A DNA stretch of 64,000 bases from Selaginella moellendorffii. Lineage: Eukaryota; Plantae; Lycopodiophyta. Under the pieces are notes generated by a model, which did not search any database, had not been told where the DNA came from, and saw only the letters and a list, made by a program, of their open reading frames with translations. Both the position numbers and the translations under genes were made by a program. The stretch lies in contig NW_003314265.1 in NCBI RefSeq assembly GCF_000143415.4, positions 3,468,443-3,532,442 on the forward strand. The letters are read 5' to 3'. This document shows positions 47,031 through 60,012 of the stretch, one piece after another; within the stretch, counting starts at the first letter, position 1; each line of letters begins with the position of its first letter.

Positions 47031-48599
47031 AATTCATACATCCTTGAAAAAGAAAAACCATATCTAAACATGTTTTTGGGAGTCATTAAAAAATTGAAGC
47101 ACATATATATTTTAAATTCATATATCTTATAGTGTAATTCAATGTTTTGGCACAACCTCCACCCAAAGTACGTGTGGTGTACCTCACAGAGTGATTCATA
47201 ATTTTTAATAACAGATATAATAAGCAATATATAAATTAGTATTTTTTAATAATGTATAAATAAAAAATATTCATAAAAATTAAGAATTCACAAAAAAAAA
47301 CATTTAAATATAAATAATGCAATATTACATATATTCAAAAAATTAAGTGAGGAAGTATTAAAAAAATGGTGCAAAAGAACGCTAATGGAGTTCCTGAACA
47401 AATTGTTGTACCGAAACTAATGTCTGAAATGTTAGTCCCAAGAAAATAACATAAGTTAATAAAAATAACATAAGAAAAAAGATCACATTTAGATAAATGA
47501 CATAATAATAAATAATATGTTAATAGGCCATTTCTTTTGGGTGAGCTGGCTTGGCTATAGCTGTTCTAATTAGCATCTAGAGCTTTCTTGGTGAAGAGGG
47601 AGAGAGCAACACCAGCTAGAGCTTTCCAAAGTACAACAATGGGAAAATTGGATAGAATTAAAGCACCAAGTGAGAGTACTATTGATACCTCCTCTGACGC
47701 TGCTCATGGCAAAATCCAGCCCCAGCTGCTGCCCGCTAGGGATCTATCCCCGCAATGCTGCAGCGATCTTCCTCCCGTATAGATTAATCTTTCCCCCCTC
47801 TTTGCTACCTGGAATCACGCATCGCGAGAAAGAGCACAAGCACGAGGAAGTCATACCCGTACATCATGGCCAGAAGAACTCAACAGGAACTCGTGGCGCA
47901 TGAAAAAGGCTGGTTCGCTCGTCAAGTTCTTCGTACTGATAAGCGCACAGAGTTTCCATGCAGCCATAAAGTGATAAATGGCTAGGAGACTAGCTGGAAA
48001 AGAGCTAGCATGACAATGGCTCAAGGCGATGACAACGCGGCCTAAGTGTCAATCTATAGGCAGCCAAGAAAGACTGTGTCAGCTCCCCCACGCTGAGAGA
48101 CATTGCCACGCACTACTCTCCACTGGGAGTGGAGCTTTTTTGCTGCTGCTGCAACGCAGAGGTCGGTGGTGAAAGGATTTTTATATATGCCTAATTACAA
48201 GGATTTACAGTAAAGGTCCGCACAAGAAAACAGAGAATATCTGCTCTATCATACAACCCAGCTGAGAAATCCACAAAGATTTTCATTCGCCAACTAGCTA
48301 GAGTTTTGAGGATTACTATATTCAACTATTATATTGTAATTTTTATGCTTGTTGGATATCGGGAGTAACGAGTGTCCATAGAAAATGCTGATTTCTGGTC
48401 TTTGTGTGTTGGAAGATTCATCTTTCCTGTATAGAAATAGAAGAGAAATAATTAAGATCTATATTAATTAATGAAACTAATAATAATTCCAGGCGCTTAT
48501 AATTTAGTTTATCTAGGTAAATAAATTTAATATCATAACGGAACATAGTATAAGTTTCCATTTAAACGGTGCTAGAGCGGAAGAAAGAGAAACAGGGGG

Positions 48600-49470
48600 G
48601 CAAATCTGGCAATTCTAACGAGGATCTGGTGCAGAAGGAGCCAGGCCATGGGATCGATCTGTCGGGCGTTGATGAGCTCAAACAAGCTAATATCCAGGAG
48701 GCACGCCTGGATCAACGACACCTGTGTGCTAGTAGAATGGCTGGCAGCAAGAAATGCAGGCCATTCGAGGAGAGATCCAAGGCCTCGTCACAAAGATTTG
48801 GAGTCTATTTGTCCTTTCTCTCTTTTATATGTCTCGGATGCCATGCAAGATTGAGTTCTTGCAAGGTCGCGTGGATGGTTTGATACAGGAAAGAGACAAT
48901 GTTGCTGCTCGCTTGCTGGACCTGGCAGCTCGCGCTCATCGAAATGATCACGCCCAGGTTGGCATAAAAAATGTGATGGATTCTGTGTATCAAGACTTTC
49001 AATCCAGGACGGCATTTGTGAGGAGGAGCCTACAGTGGTGGATGATTTAAAACTCCAGCAAGCAGCAGCGGCTTCGGTGCTGGAGAAGCTCGTTGCCGAG
49101 AATGGCAAGCTAACTTCAAAGGCCTGCGAGAAAAGTCTCTTGTTCTTTTTTCTTCGATTCTGTAGGTAAGTTGTTTTTCGTGTCATGCTTTCTGTTTTCT
49201 TTTGCAGTTGAACGACCAAAGCTTGGTTATCAGTCAGCTGACAAATGGCCACAGTGTCGGGTCAATCGGATTGGCTCCGGCTGCTCGGAAGATGAAGAGC
49301 ACATCCCCAGAAGATGAAGTTGACGTGCAGACCACCACCACCGCTCGAAAAGGGATGGAGCAAGTGGCTGTGGATGACAATTACAACAATGTGCGGAAAA
49401 ATATCCGCCTTCCACTTTTCCTGCTATTACTGCTGCTGCTTCCCCTCCACCATTCACCACCCCCTTGATG
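48600..49470 (+). other. Possible fragmented coiled-coil gene or pseudogene of unknown family
   Basis: Coding-like heptad segments 'MQAIRGEIQGLVTKI', 'LQGRVDGLIQERDNVAARLL' and 'VLEKLVAENGKL' in shifting frames, with intron-like pyrimidine tracts. Confidence 0.3.
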
Positions 49471-50122
49471 ACACTGCCATGGCCTGATTCGTCTTTAAGT
49501 TCCCTCGTGTTTCATCGTTATCAGTCACACCCACTTGCCGGAGAAGAAAAACAGGGTGATGAAGGAGACGGGAGAAAGGAGGAGGCCTTCCATGGCCGCA
49601 GTTCCATTCTCTGATGCTCTATTGATGGGAGCTCCAATCCGAGTCATATCCATGGTTGCCCGGTTTGTCAGCGGGGCTGATCTGGTGAAAAAGACATAGT
49701 AGCAACAAGGAAGAAGAAGCAAGCTTTGGAAGTTTAGTTGGAATGGAGAGCTCGGGGGTCTCGGGTTTTTAAGGATGGTTGGCACGGCATTGTCAAGGCA
49801 GTCCTTTCTACATCGATGGAGAAAAGGTGGGACGCTCTCCGGGTTTTGAAAATCAAGTGTCGAGGCTTTTTCTATGTGCCGCATTTTCTTCGCGGGAGAG
49901 ACCAATCCTCTCGCTGCTCGTTTTCCAGAAAGACAATTGGACGGTGTAGAGCGGGCGGATGATCTTTCAAGGATGATCTCACAGGGTGGGGTCATGCACT
50001 GCCTCAGCGGTGATCTCATGGATTCCGGAGGAGCTGACAGCTGATTACAGAAAGTGGAATTTTAAGTAGATCACTCTTCTCTTGCCTCGAAGAGTTAAAC
50101 TAATCCCCTCCCTCTCTCTCTC

Positions 50123-50160
<38 letters not shown>

Positions 50161-50505
50161 CCTCCCCCTCTCTCTCTCTCTCTGTGTATTTTTTTTCAGG
50201 ATTGTGTACTACTGGCTCACAGAAGACCACGCAAGATAGCTTTTCTGCGGCGAGAAGGAGAGGGGATATCAACATGTCAGTGTAAGCCCGCTCTCTTTCT
50301 TACCAAATGCATTTAGTTTCTTCCTTTTATGTGTTTTCTACGTTCTAGTGATATCTATACGCTTATTTTACGTTTCCCTGTACATGACATACGGCCTGAT
50401 ACTTTGACTTGTCCTGCCTCTCCTGCCTATAAAGCAGAAATGCAGTTCGAGCAAAGCCTTGCATGAGTGTGTGAAGTTGAGGGTTAAGAGTAAAAGAGGC
50501 TAGCC

Positions 50506-51985
50506 ATGGGAGTTTTGAGCGCGAGCAGTACAGTAGACAAGCGTCCATATCTGGGAGGTGTTAAGGTGCTGGTGGATGGTGGTATGGGTATCGTCCCGGA
50601 TATTTATATCCAGCCCGAGCACCAGCGCTTGTGCAAGTCCAAAGTTTGCCCCGACACACAAGACATTCCAGTGATCGACCTCCGGGAACTCAGCAACAGC
50701 GGCAACAGGCCCAAGGCCATCGCGGCTATCGGACAAGCCTGCCAAAAGTGGGGATTTTTCCAGGTTTGGATCTTTCTTCCAAGGCTTGTTTTTTCTTGCT
50801 GTCTGCGATCTAAAGTTTTGTATGTTTCTTCCAGCTAGGATATACATGTGTTGTTTTCAGTCCGCCGATCTAACTCTTCCTCCAAAATCACCTTTTGTCT
50901 GTTTCTCAGGTGACAAATCACGGAGTCCCGGTGGCGACGACGGAGAAGATGAAAGAAGTGGCCTATGAGTTCTTTGAATTGCCGGTGGAGGAGAAGATGG
51001 TGTATCACGCCACCAGCATGTCTTCCAAGATGACAATGTACGGGACGAGCTTTAATCCTTACGAGGACAAAACCTTCGACTGGCGCGACTACCTCCGGCA
51101 CTCCTGCAATCCTCTCTCGGAAGAAAACGTCTCGTCGTGGCCGGCGAATCCTCCCTCCTACAGGCAAGCCACTCACTCCACCCACACTTTCCTCCGTTTT
51201 GCTTCTCTCCATTTCTACAAAAGCTCCAAGGCTTACTCTGTTTCTCTCTGCACATCCAGGGAGACTGCAGTTAACTACAGCGAGGCAGTGGGCTCTCTCT
51301 GCAAGTCACTATTGCGGGCTCTCTCGGAAAGCCTCGGCCTCTCTCCCGAGTTCCTGGACGCGGCATTCGGCACACCAAACGAGCGCTTCCTCCTGCTCAA
51401 TTACTATCCGCCTTGTCCCGATCCGGCGCTGGCTCTCGGCCTGAGCAGCCATTCGGACGTGGGAGGGATCACAATTCTGCTCCAGGACGCAACCTCGGGT
51501 CTCCAAGTGCTCAACGAGGGTCAATGGATTCCTGTCAAGCCACTCCCCGGTGCCTTCGTTGTAAACGTGGGAGACCAGCTACAGGTAAAATGATTTTCAA
51601 GTCCTTCCCTGTGTCCGAGAGAATCAAGCATAAGATACAGGGACAGAAGTGCAAAAAAGAGAGATCTGGTTTTATTCTTCGGCTCGCACTCATGTCATTC
51701 TTTATCTTTTTTATCCCCCTTGGGCAGGTTTTGAGCAACGGGAAGTACAAGAGCGTCGAGCACCGGGTGGTGCTCAACTCGGAGTGCCCCAGGCTTTCCA
51801 TCGCGCTCTTCTACAACCCGTCGTTCAATACGGTGGTGTCGCCGGTGGAGGAGCTGCTGGACGAGAGCCACCCGCCACTCTACAAGGAGTTTACCTTCTC
51901 CGACTATAAGAAGCGCTTCTACGCCAAGCTCGACGGCAAGGCGTGCATCCGCAGCGTCCAGACGACCGTGGAAGCCAGCAGCTAA
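50506..51985 (+). CDS. 2-oxoglutarate/Fe(II) dioxygenase (DOXC class, DMR6/FNS-like), 4 exons
   Basis: 'IPVIDL', 'ACQKWGFFQVTNHGV', 'DWRDYL', 'NYYPPCP', HxD 'SHSDVG', 'HRVV', RxS 'RLS'. Second intron is GC-AG (51164-51259). Confidence 0.95.
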
Positions 51986-52488
51986 AAACCTCTCTCGACC
52001 TTTCCTTTTGTTTCGCCATAGCTCGCTCGATATAGACAAATCTTAACAGGAAACTCACCGACCAACAGGATCAACAGGTATATATAGGTAGCCAATGGCA
52101 CACAAGCACAAAAAAAAAAATACTAGTATACGCGGAAAAGGTTGGAAAAAGCTAGTTTTTAATTTCTGCCGTAAAAGAAAAGCCTAGCATATCAGACATG
52201 TGTCGAATCTGGTTCCCAAACTGCCTAGCAGCTCTCCTTTAAAAAGAAGGGGAAACCCTTAAAAAAGTCAAGGGTACACGTCAGCACCATTCCCCAATGC
52301 CACGTCATCCACGAGCTGGCGTGGCGGACACGTGATTGCGCGCACTTGCACTTGTCCAGTCCAGCTTATAGCTGCAAGAAAGGAACAAAATCTTCTTTCA
52401 CGAAAGAAAAAGCGAGATTTTTGTACCTCCGCGTCACGTGAAAATTTACACGCGGCCCGATACTAGCAAGATTCATGACGACTACGAA

Positions 52489-52538
52489 TCACGGCTGGTT
52501 TAACTCGAAAAGAGCTTCCAGGGCGAGAAGGTACTCGT

Positions 52539-52572
<34 letters not shown>

Positions 52573-54218
52573 GCCACCGCCAAAGCCACCACTGCTCATC
52601 CTCTCCAAATCCCCGCACTGGGATCCACTTCCGCCAACCAAGTTATGGAGGCTCGGGCACGGCGATACCGTCGGCGGGTGAGCGGCTGGAAGGACTTGCG
52701 CTGGAGCGCTCGTAGTACCCGGCACAGGGGCGACCGCCAATTTGCCGGATGATCGCTTGCTCGTTTGCTGCGTCCGTGCCTTTCGGACGGTGGCCTGAGC
52801 GGTGGGCCTCGCCGTCCTCTTCACCAGCCGGGTGGAGCTCGCGCTCGCGTCCGGCCTTAAAGCACCACTGTTCTTGTCCACTGCTGCTCCCTCCGTCATA
52901 ATCGATGGCGGTGCTGCGGATACTGTCCATCCTCCTAATGTCGGTCCTGCTGTCGGTGCCCCTGGCGATAGCGATGACGCCGTTGCTTTTCTTGCTGTTG
53001 CTGTTGCTGTAGCCGCTGTTGATGCTAACTCGGCTCTAACCACACCACCATTTGTCGGTCTTGTTGGTGATAAGTGCTGAGCACCACTTTGCTGTTGTTC
53101 CATCACGGACGCCGCTGTTCTGAATTGTCTAACACTGCCGGTAGCGCTTCCTGGCGGCTGTCTAGAAGGAGCATTCTTCCCTGTCACCGTCGGAGCTGGA
53201 GGACGGGCGCCTCTCACCCCACCTAGATTTCTAGCCACACTGCTCGTTGAGCCTGACGTTGTGTAGTACCTGACTTTGGGAACTCGCTTCGCGAGGCCCA
53301 GAGCATAGTCGGACATGGTCGCTGTTCCCACTGCCGGCGGCTTCGCGAAGCTTGAGGCGAATGGTGGAAACTGCGGCGGTACTAAAGGTGGTGGCAGTGG
53401 TCGTGTCACTGTTGCTGCTACTACTGTTGGCCGAAGAAGTGGCGCTGCTGTTACTCTTCTTGCATGAGTTGCTTGAGGTGGTCTTGGTCTCTGGATCTTC
53501 GCAACCGGCGGTAAGAGAGCCAACTCGGGCGTCTTATTCGATTTTCGCATCGTCAGCCACTGAGCTTCCTTGTCGGAAGCGTCGCAGTGAGTCGACCAGT
53601 AAGCACAGGGTGCTAATGTGTCGCAAACAAAGCAGTGGCACTAGAACAAAGAAGAAAAAAAAAAAGAAAAAAGAAAAATGGATTGATGATCTATAAGTGT
53701 CGAGTTCGTCCAGGAAAAAAGTTTAATCCGGCACTTACTTGTTCACAGAAGTCTATGTGTGGCGTAGCACTGAAAGGAAAACGCACGCAAAGATGTCGAG
53801 CGTGAGGAAAATCCCTGCATGCCACCTACAAAGCCCATTCCTTCCTTTAGAACAAAACAATCGATGAAAAAACAAGAACACAAGAACAGCGAAGAAAAAC
53901 TCTAGATCATCGTGAACTTACCGGTCCAGTTTCTCCAGTGACCACCAATTCGTCCCCATCCACATCCACCGCCTGGAATAGCCTGGAGTTGGAAGTGCTA
54001 GCCACGATACAGCACTCGAAATCATCCTCGACCAGCGCCTCGATCTTCCGCGGAGGCCGCCTGGAGGAGGAGCGCCGGGTTGCCGCCGTGCACTGCGACT
54101 TCTCGATAATAATCACATCGTCGTCGTCATCGTCATCGGGAGCGATGCGCTTCATCGGCAGGAGAAAATCGTCATTCTCATCCGACGAGCTGAGCTCCAC
54201 AACGCTGCCGAGCTCCAT
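52489..54218 (-). CDS. RIN13 (RPM1-interacting protein 13)-like Cys/His-rich protein with long low-complexity tail
   Basis: Spliced 'VVTGETGP|VACRDFPHARHLCVRFPFSATPHIDFCEQ|CHCFVCDTLAPCAYWSTHCDA', then an A/P/T/S-rich tail with poly-Gly. Confidence 0.78.
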
Positions 54219-54314
54219 CGTCTCTCATCTCATCCTCTCTGCCCTAAAGCTATAAACCCTAAAAATCTCCTCTCCAAGGGCTAAAGGCCGCCATGGTTCG
54301 AATCCCGTCCGGAA

Positions 54315-56348
54315 ATGCCGCCGCCGCTAAGCTTGCCCGACTCGATCAGGCACTGCGGCCATGCTAGGGATCTCTCGCTGGGCCGCGAGCTCCACGCTCG
54401 GATCCTCCGCGATGGCGCTCTCCACTCCAATGTCTTCCTCGCCAATCTCCTCGTCGAGATGTATGGCCGCTGCGGCGCTGTGGAGGAGGCGGCGGCGCTC
54501 TTCTCCGCCACCGCTGCCAAGAACTCCTTCAGCTGGAATCTCATGATCGCGGCCCTGATCCGCAATGGCCAGCTCCAGCGCGCGCGCGATCTCTTCCACC
54601 AGATGCCGCAGCAAGATGCCGTGGCCGGGAATTCCCTGATCAAGGCATACGCCGATCGGGGGGAGATCCAAGAGGCAGAGTCGCTGTGCTTGGCGATGCC
54701 CAGGAGGGATCTAGTGTCGAGCAACACGATGCTCCGGGCGTACTCCACCGGCGGGGATTTCGATCGCGCCAGAGAGTTTTTCGATGCCATGGCCGATCGG
54801 GACGCGGTGTCTTGGAATGTGATGATCCAGGCGTGCGTCACTGCCGGAGATCTCGAGCAAGCGATTGATCTCTTCAATCGATGCCCGGCCCCGGATATCG
54901 TCTCTAGAACCGCGATGATCCAAGCGTTTGCCCAGGACGGAGACCTTGATAGCGCCAAAAGAATGTTTGATTCCATGCCAGAGATCAACATAATCTCCTG
55001 GAACACGATTCTCACTGCGATTTCCCAGCGCGGCCAGATCGAGAGGGCAAGGAAAGTGTTCGATCAGATCCCACATCCAGATCTAGTTTCCTGGAATTGC
55101 ATGCTTGGAGCGTATGCCCAAGCCGGGCATCTGGATCTCGCGCTAGAGCTCTTCTCGCGAATGCCACTGACGAGCTTGATTTCCTGGAACACAATGATCT
55201 CCGGATTTAGCCACAGCGGCAACCACCGCGCCGCGATGTCGATCTTCCACAAGATGCCCGCCCGCGACACAGTCTCCTGGAATCTGGCAATCGCGGCGCT
55301 TGCCCAGGCCGGGAATCTTCACGAGGCCGCCAAGATCTTCAAGAAAATGCCGCAGCGTGACATCGTCTCCTGGAACACGATCCTCCAGGCGCAAGCGTCG
55401 GATGGAGCGGTCGAGCAAGCGCGATTGATCTTCGACGCCATGCCCGAGCACGATTCCCTCTCCTGGAACGCGATCCTGGGCTCGTACACCTGCGCGGGGC
55501 AAATCGCCCGCGCGGAAGAGATCTTCGCGAGAATGCCGGCCAAGAACCTCGCATCGATGAGCGCCATGGTGTCCGCGCACGCCATGGCTGGAAACCTCGA
55601 TCACGCGCTAGTGCTCCTGGACGCCATGCCCGAGTGGAACTCGGTCTCGTGGAACGCGATGATCGCCGCGGCGTCGTCCGATGTGGAGCTGGCCGGCTGG
55701 CTCTTCGATCGGACGGCGGAGAAGGACGTGGTGACGTGGACGGCCATGGTCGCGGCTTATGCCGGGAGCGGGCATCTGGAGGACGCGAGGAGGGCCTTCT
55801 GGAGGATGGACTGCGAGCGCGACGTGGTGGCGTGGACGGCCCTGATCCACGGCGAGGCCATCAACGGCGGCCTGGTAACGGCCAGGATGGTTCTTGATCG
55901 AATGCAATGTCCCAATGCGGTGTCCTGGAATGGGGTCATTCAAGCGTTTGCCCAGAACGGGAATCTCCGCGAGGCGCTGGAAATCCTCCGCGAGATGTGT
56001 GCCGAGGGATTGGCGCCGGATGGCGTGAGCTTCATCGGCGCGCTGGCGGCGTGCAGCTACATCGGCCTCGTCCAGGGCGCCAAGCGCTGCCTGTGCTCGA
56101 TGATCGTGGATTTCGGCGTGATTCCGGGCGTGGCGCACTACCACTGCGTGTTGGACGCGCTGGGGCGGGCAGGGAAGCTCGGCGACGCGGAGGAGCTGCT
56201 CAGGGGGATGCCTCATTCTCCCAACGACGCTACCTGGACGAGCCTGCTGGGATCTTCCAAGATCCATTGCGATCCGGCGCGGGCGGCCGAGGCGGCCAGG
56301 AAGCTGGATCCGACGAACGCAGCCCCATATCTAATGCTTGCAAGATGA
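54315..56348 (+). CDS. PLS-class PPR protein, SS-type array, truncated E, no DYW
   Basis: 31-aa 'F..MP.RD.VSWN' repeats; ends 'WTSLLGSSKIHCD...AAPYLMLAR*'. Confidence 0.92.
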   Translation: MPPPLSLPDSIRHCGHARDLSLGRELHARILRDGALHSNVFLANLLVEMYGRCGAVEEAAALFSATAAKNSFSWNLMIAALIRNGQLQRARDLFHQMPQQDAVAGNSLIKAYADRGEIQEAESLCLAMPRRDLVSSNTMLRAYSTGGDFDRAREFFDAMADRDAVSWNVMIQACVTAGDLEQAIDLFNRCPAPDIVSRTAMIQAFAQDGDLDSAKRMFDSMPEINIISWNTILTAISQRGQIERARKVFDQIPHPDLVSWNCMLGAYAQAGHLDLALELFSRMPLTSLISWNTMISGFSHSGNHRAAMSIFHKMPARDTVSWNLAIAALAQAGNLHEAAKIFKKMPQRDIVSWNTILQAQASDGAVEQARLIFDAMPEHDSLSWNAILGSYTCAGQIARAEEIFARMPAKNLASMSAMVSAHAMAGNLDHALVLLDAMPEWNSVSWNAMIAAASSDVELAGWLFDRTAEKDVVTWTAMVAAYAGSGHLEDARRAFWRMDCERDVVAWTALIHGEAINGGLVTARMVLDRMQCPNAVSWNGVIQAFAQNGNLREALEILREMCAEGLAPDGVSFIGALAACSYIGLVQGAKRCLCSMIVDFGVIPGVAHYHCVLDALGRAGKLGDAEELLRGMPHSPNDATWTSLLGSSKIHCDPARAAEAARKLDPTNAAPYLMLAR

Positions 56349-56544
56349 AGAATTAGGGTTCTTGGTCGCTGGGAGGGTAAGACACACCTCTTCCACCATC
56401 GTTCTCCTTCTAACTCCCGGTTGGAACAGATGCGTCATTCGATGCGCGCGAGGATCGGCGAAGAAACTACTTGATGCGAGGTAAGAAACTTCTCTTTGTC
56501 TCTGCTGTCTTGACTATTTTGATTCGTGTAGGAATATTTTGCTC

Positions 56545-58221
56545 ATGGCCATTGCCCTCCATCCAAAGGGTATTATTACTCACTGTGGCCCATCTCAAAT
56601 AGTATCGTCTTCCTCGTCTTGTTCTTCCTCTGCATGGCCTTGTTGGGTCTCCATGGAAGCTCGCAGGCAAGAGAATTACCGTTGCGTCTCGGGCCAGCGT
56701 CAGCTCGTCCGGGGAGCCTGTGTTAGTCAGCAACAGGACTCCAAGCCCGACATGGAGCCCAGATTTGAGCTGGATACGCTGCCAAGTGAGTGACCTTTTG
56801 CTACATTCCTATCCGAACTCTTTGTGCTGTTCCAGGGCCTCTTTCTGTGACAAGCTTGACATCGCCTGGACAAGGGTCGAAGTTACGAGTTGCTTATCAG
56901 GTAGTCTTTTTCGTTTTTCTTGTCCTCAATCACTTGGCTCGGCTTGCAGGGCGTGCCTGGTGCCTACAGTGAAGCTGCCGCTTGTAAGGCTTATCCGAAT
57001 TGCGAAGCCGTCCCTTGCGAGCAGTTCGAAGGTGCATTCCAGGTTTGCATTGTTCTTGAGTGTTTTATGGCTCTAAACTTTGGAGGTAGGCTGTGGAACT
57101 CTGGCTGGTGGACAGGGCGGTGCTACCGATTGAGAACTCGCTAGGAGGAAGCATTCATCGTAACTACGACCTTCTGCTACGCCACCGGCTACATATTGTG
57201 GGTGAAGTGCAGTTCCCAGTTAACCATTGCCTCTTGGGCCTTCCCGGCGTCAAGACAGAGGAGCTGAAGCGCGTTCTTAGTCACTCTCAAGTTAGTTGTA
57301 CTTCTCTAGCGTTGTTTATTTTGGTCTTGAGGTTTTTCTTCAGGCTCTAGCGCAGTGTGAGCAGACACTGTCTAAGCTGGGAGTTACACGCGAGGCAGTC
57401 GACGACACGGCCGGAGCAGCCCAGGCAAGGCATCCCTTTTTATTTGGAGTATTGTTCTTACTTTCTATGCTTCCGTGCTCCAGTATGTCTCGCAAAATAA
57501 CTTGAGAGATGCAGGGGCGGTTGCCAGTGCCCGAGCAGCTCAGATATACGGGCTTGACGTTTTAGCCGAAGGCATACAGGTAGAATTTTCATTCGGGTTT
57601 TTTCGTTTTAATCGTCTCAAAACCAAAACAGGATGACTCCGATAACATCACTCGTTTCTTAATGCTGGCAAGGGATCCTGTCATTCCAAGGAATGATCGT
57701 CCGTTCAAGGTAACCAGCGTTGGATTTTTAACAATCTTATCCAATTGTTTCGTTGTGTAAGACAAGTGTTGTGTTTACACTTGAAGAGGGGCCGGGTGTC
57801 CTGTTTAAGGCGCTTGCAGTGTTTGCGCTGCGAGATATAAATCTTACCAAGGTACATATTTTGCTCATCTTTTCTCTTCGTTTACATTGTCTCTGCAGAT
57901 AGAGAGCAGACCGCAGCGGAAGAAACCACTGAGGATTGTGGACGATAGCAACACCGGAGTAGCCAAGTCTGTACTGAGAAACAAACTCTTTTCCATGTCT
58001 TACATGCTTTTCTCTTCCATCAGGTACTTCGACTACTTGTTTTACATAGACTTTCAAGCATCTATGGCGGACCCAAGAGCACAAAACGCTCTCGGCCACT
58101 TACAGGTTCGTATCGAGTTCACACGATCCAAGCTAAAGTTCCCGTTTCTCTTGTTTTCTCTCAGGAGATTGCTCCATTCATGCGTGTTTTAGGATGCTAT
58201 CCAATGGACACAGGCTCGTGA
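56545..58221 (+). CDS. ADT: Arogenate/prephenate dehydratase (intron-containing ADT1/2 type)
   Basis: Transit peptide, '[17 protein letters not shown]', '[19 protein letters not shown]', '[13 protein letters not shown]', ACT domain 'INLTKIESRP', 'RVLGCYP'. Confidence 0.95.
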
Positions 58222-58344
58222 CTCTTGTTACAAAGTTTTGATGGAAGGAAAACGAAATTTTTTTAAATGCTAGTTAAGTAACGATAGGTCTGGAAGAACC
58301 CTAAATATTTGCGCGAGAGGAACGAGCGAGAAGAGGCGGGCGCC

Positions 58345-60012
58345 ATGGCGACCGTGATGCAGAAGATCAAGGACATCGAAGATGAGGTGCGCTTTCTCGG
58401 CTGCATTGATCGCCCGATCGATGGTTTCTTGTTTGCGTAGATGGCGAGGACTCAAAAGAACAAGGCCACAGCGCACCATCTGGGACTGCTCAAGGTAAAT
58501 GCGCTATACACAGTTCCAATGTGATGATCCGGGCGTGTAGGCAAAGCTCGCGAAACTGAGAAGGGAGATTTTGGCCCCGACTTCCAAAGGAGGCGGTGGA
58601 GCTGGAGAGGGATTCGACGTGACCAAGAGTGGAGATTCGCGTGTGGGACTCGTTGGATTTCCTTCCGTCGGGAAGTCGACACTCTTGAACAAGCTAACGG
58701 GAACTTTCTCTGAGGTACTTCTCGCTTTGCTAGTTTTCTTTTACTCGTCTCTCTCGCTGAGCTTTCATGTGTGTTTTTTCTTGTAGGTTGCTTCCTACGA
58801 ATTCACAACTCTTACTTGCATTCCTGGTGTGATCAAGTACCGGGGAGCAAAGATCCAGGTGTGGATAGTTTGTTTCTTGGCCAAACTTAAAACGTTGTGT
58901 GTAACTCTAATCTTTTCTTTCCAGCTTCTCGATCTCCCTGGTATCATCGAAGGTGCAAAAGATGGAAAAGGACGAGGTCGCCAGGTAAGGTGAATTTTTT
59001 GAGAATATTGCTATGAAGAGCTACTCAAATGTCTTTGTCCTGGCAGGTTATCAGTACCGCAAGAACTTGCAACTGCATCATCATAGTTCTGGACGCAATC
59101 AAGCCCATTACACACAAGAGGCTCATCGAGAAAGAGCTCGAAGGATTTGGAATAAGGCAAGCTTGCTTTGCTTTCTTGATTCTCTTTCTCTTTTCATTGC
59201 CTAAAAATGTCTCTGTTCGTTTTCAGGCTCAATAAAGAACCACCAAATCTTACGTTCAGGAGGAAAGACAAAGGAGGCATAAACTTCACATCTACTGTTT
59301 CAAACACGCTCCTGGACCTGGAAACGGTGAAGGCAATCTGCGGGGAATACAGGATACACAACGCGGACGTGTCGCTGAGATACGATGCCACTGCAGATGA
59401 TCTGATCGATGTCATTGAAGGGAATCGCATGTACATACCCTGCGTCTATGCCGTCAACAAGATTGATCAGGTCACGTTGGAAGAGCTCGAGATTCTGGAT
59501 AAGCTGCCGCATTACTGTCCAGTGAGGTGAGCTCGGTTTTCTTGCAAAAATGTCGCCGGCTCTAAGGTTTTCCTGTTTCCATAGCGCACATCTGGAGTGG
59601 AACTTGGATGGACTCTTGGAAAAAGTCTGGGAGTACTTGGACTTGGTGAGAGTGTACACGAAACCGAAGGCCATGAGTCCGGACTACGAGGATCCGGTTA
59701 TACTTTCAGCGAAGAAGCGCACCGTGGAGGACTTTTGCCTGAGAATCCACAAGGACATGCTCAAACAATTCAAGTAGTAAGTATCCACGCACATCTCTGA
59801 AATCTTTGGAGCTGATTAAAACGCGCTTGTCTGCGTCTTCCAGCGCGTTAGTCTGGGGATCTAGTGCGAAACACAAGCCGCAACGTGTAGGAAAGGTATG
59901 TTAGTTGTTCTTCTTTGTTTTTGCGCCTCGATCGTTTAGAAAGCCTCTGCCTTTGTTCCAGGAGCACGAACTAGACGATGAAGACGTGGTTCAGATTATT
60001 AAAAAGATCTAA
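58345..60012 (+). CDS. DRG: Developmentally regulated GTP-binding protein (DRG1/Rbg1 type, OBG family, TGS domain)
   Basis: '[24 protein letters not shown]', P-loop '[11 protein letters not shown]', 'YEFTTLT', '[16 protein letters not shown]', 'NKID', '[10 protein letters not shown]'. Confidence 0.96.

Noticed and set aside
49994-50004. 'atgcactgcctc' resembles the 5' end of miR408
   Set aside because: The match stops after 12 nt and no complementary arm is visible.
50506-58221. Dioxygenase plus ADT as a phenylpropanoid biosynthetic cluster
   Set aside because: Separated by unrelated genes, with no scaffold-forming enzyme nearby.
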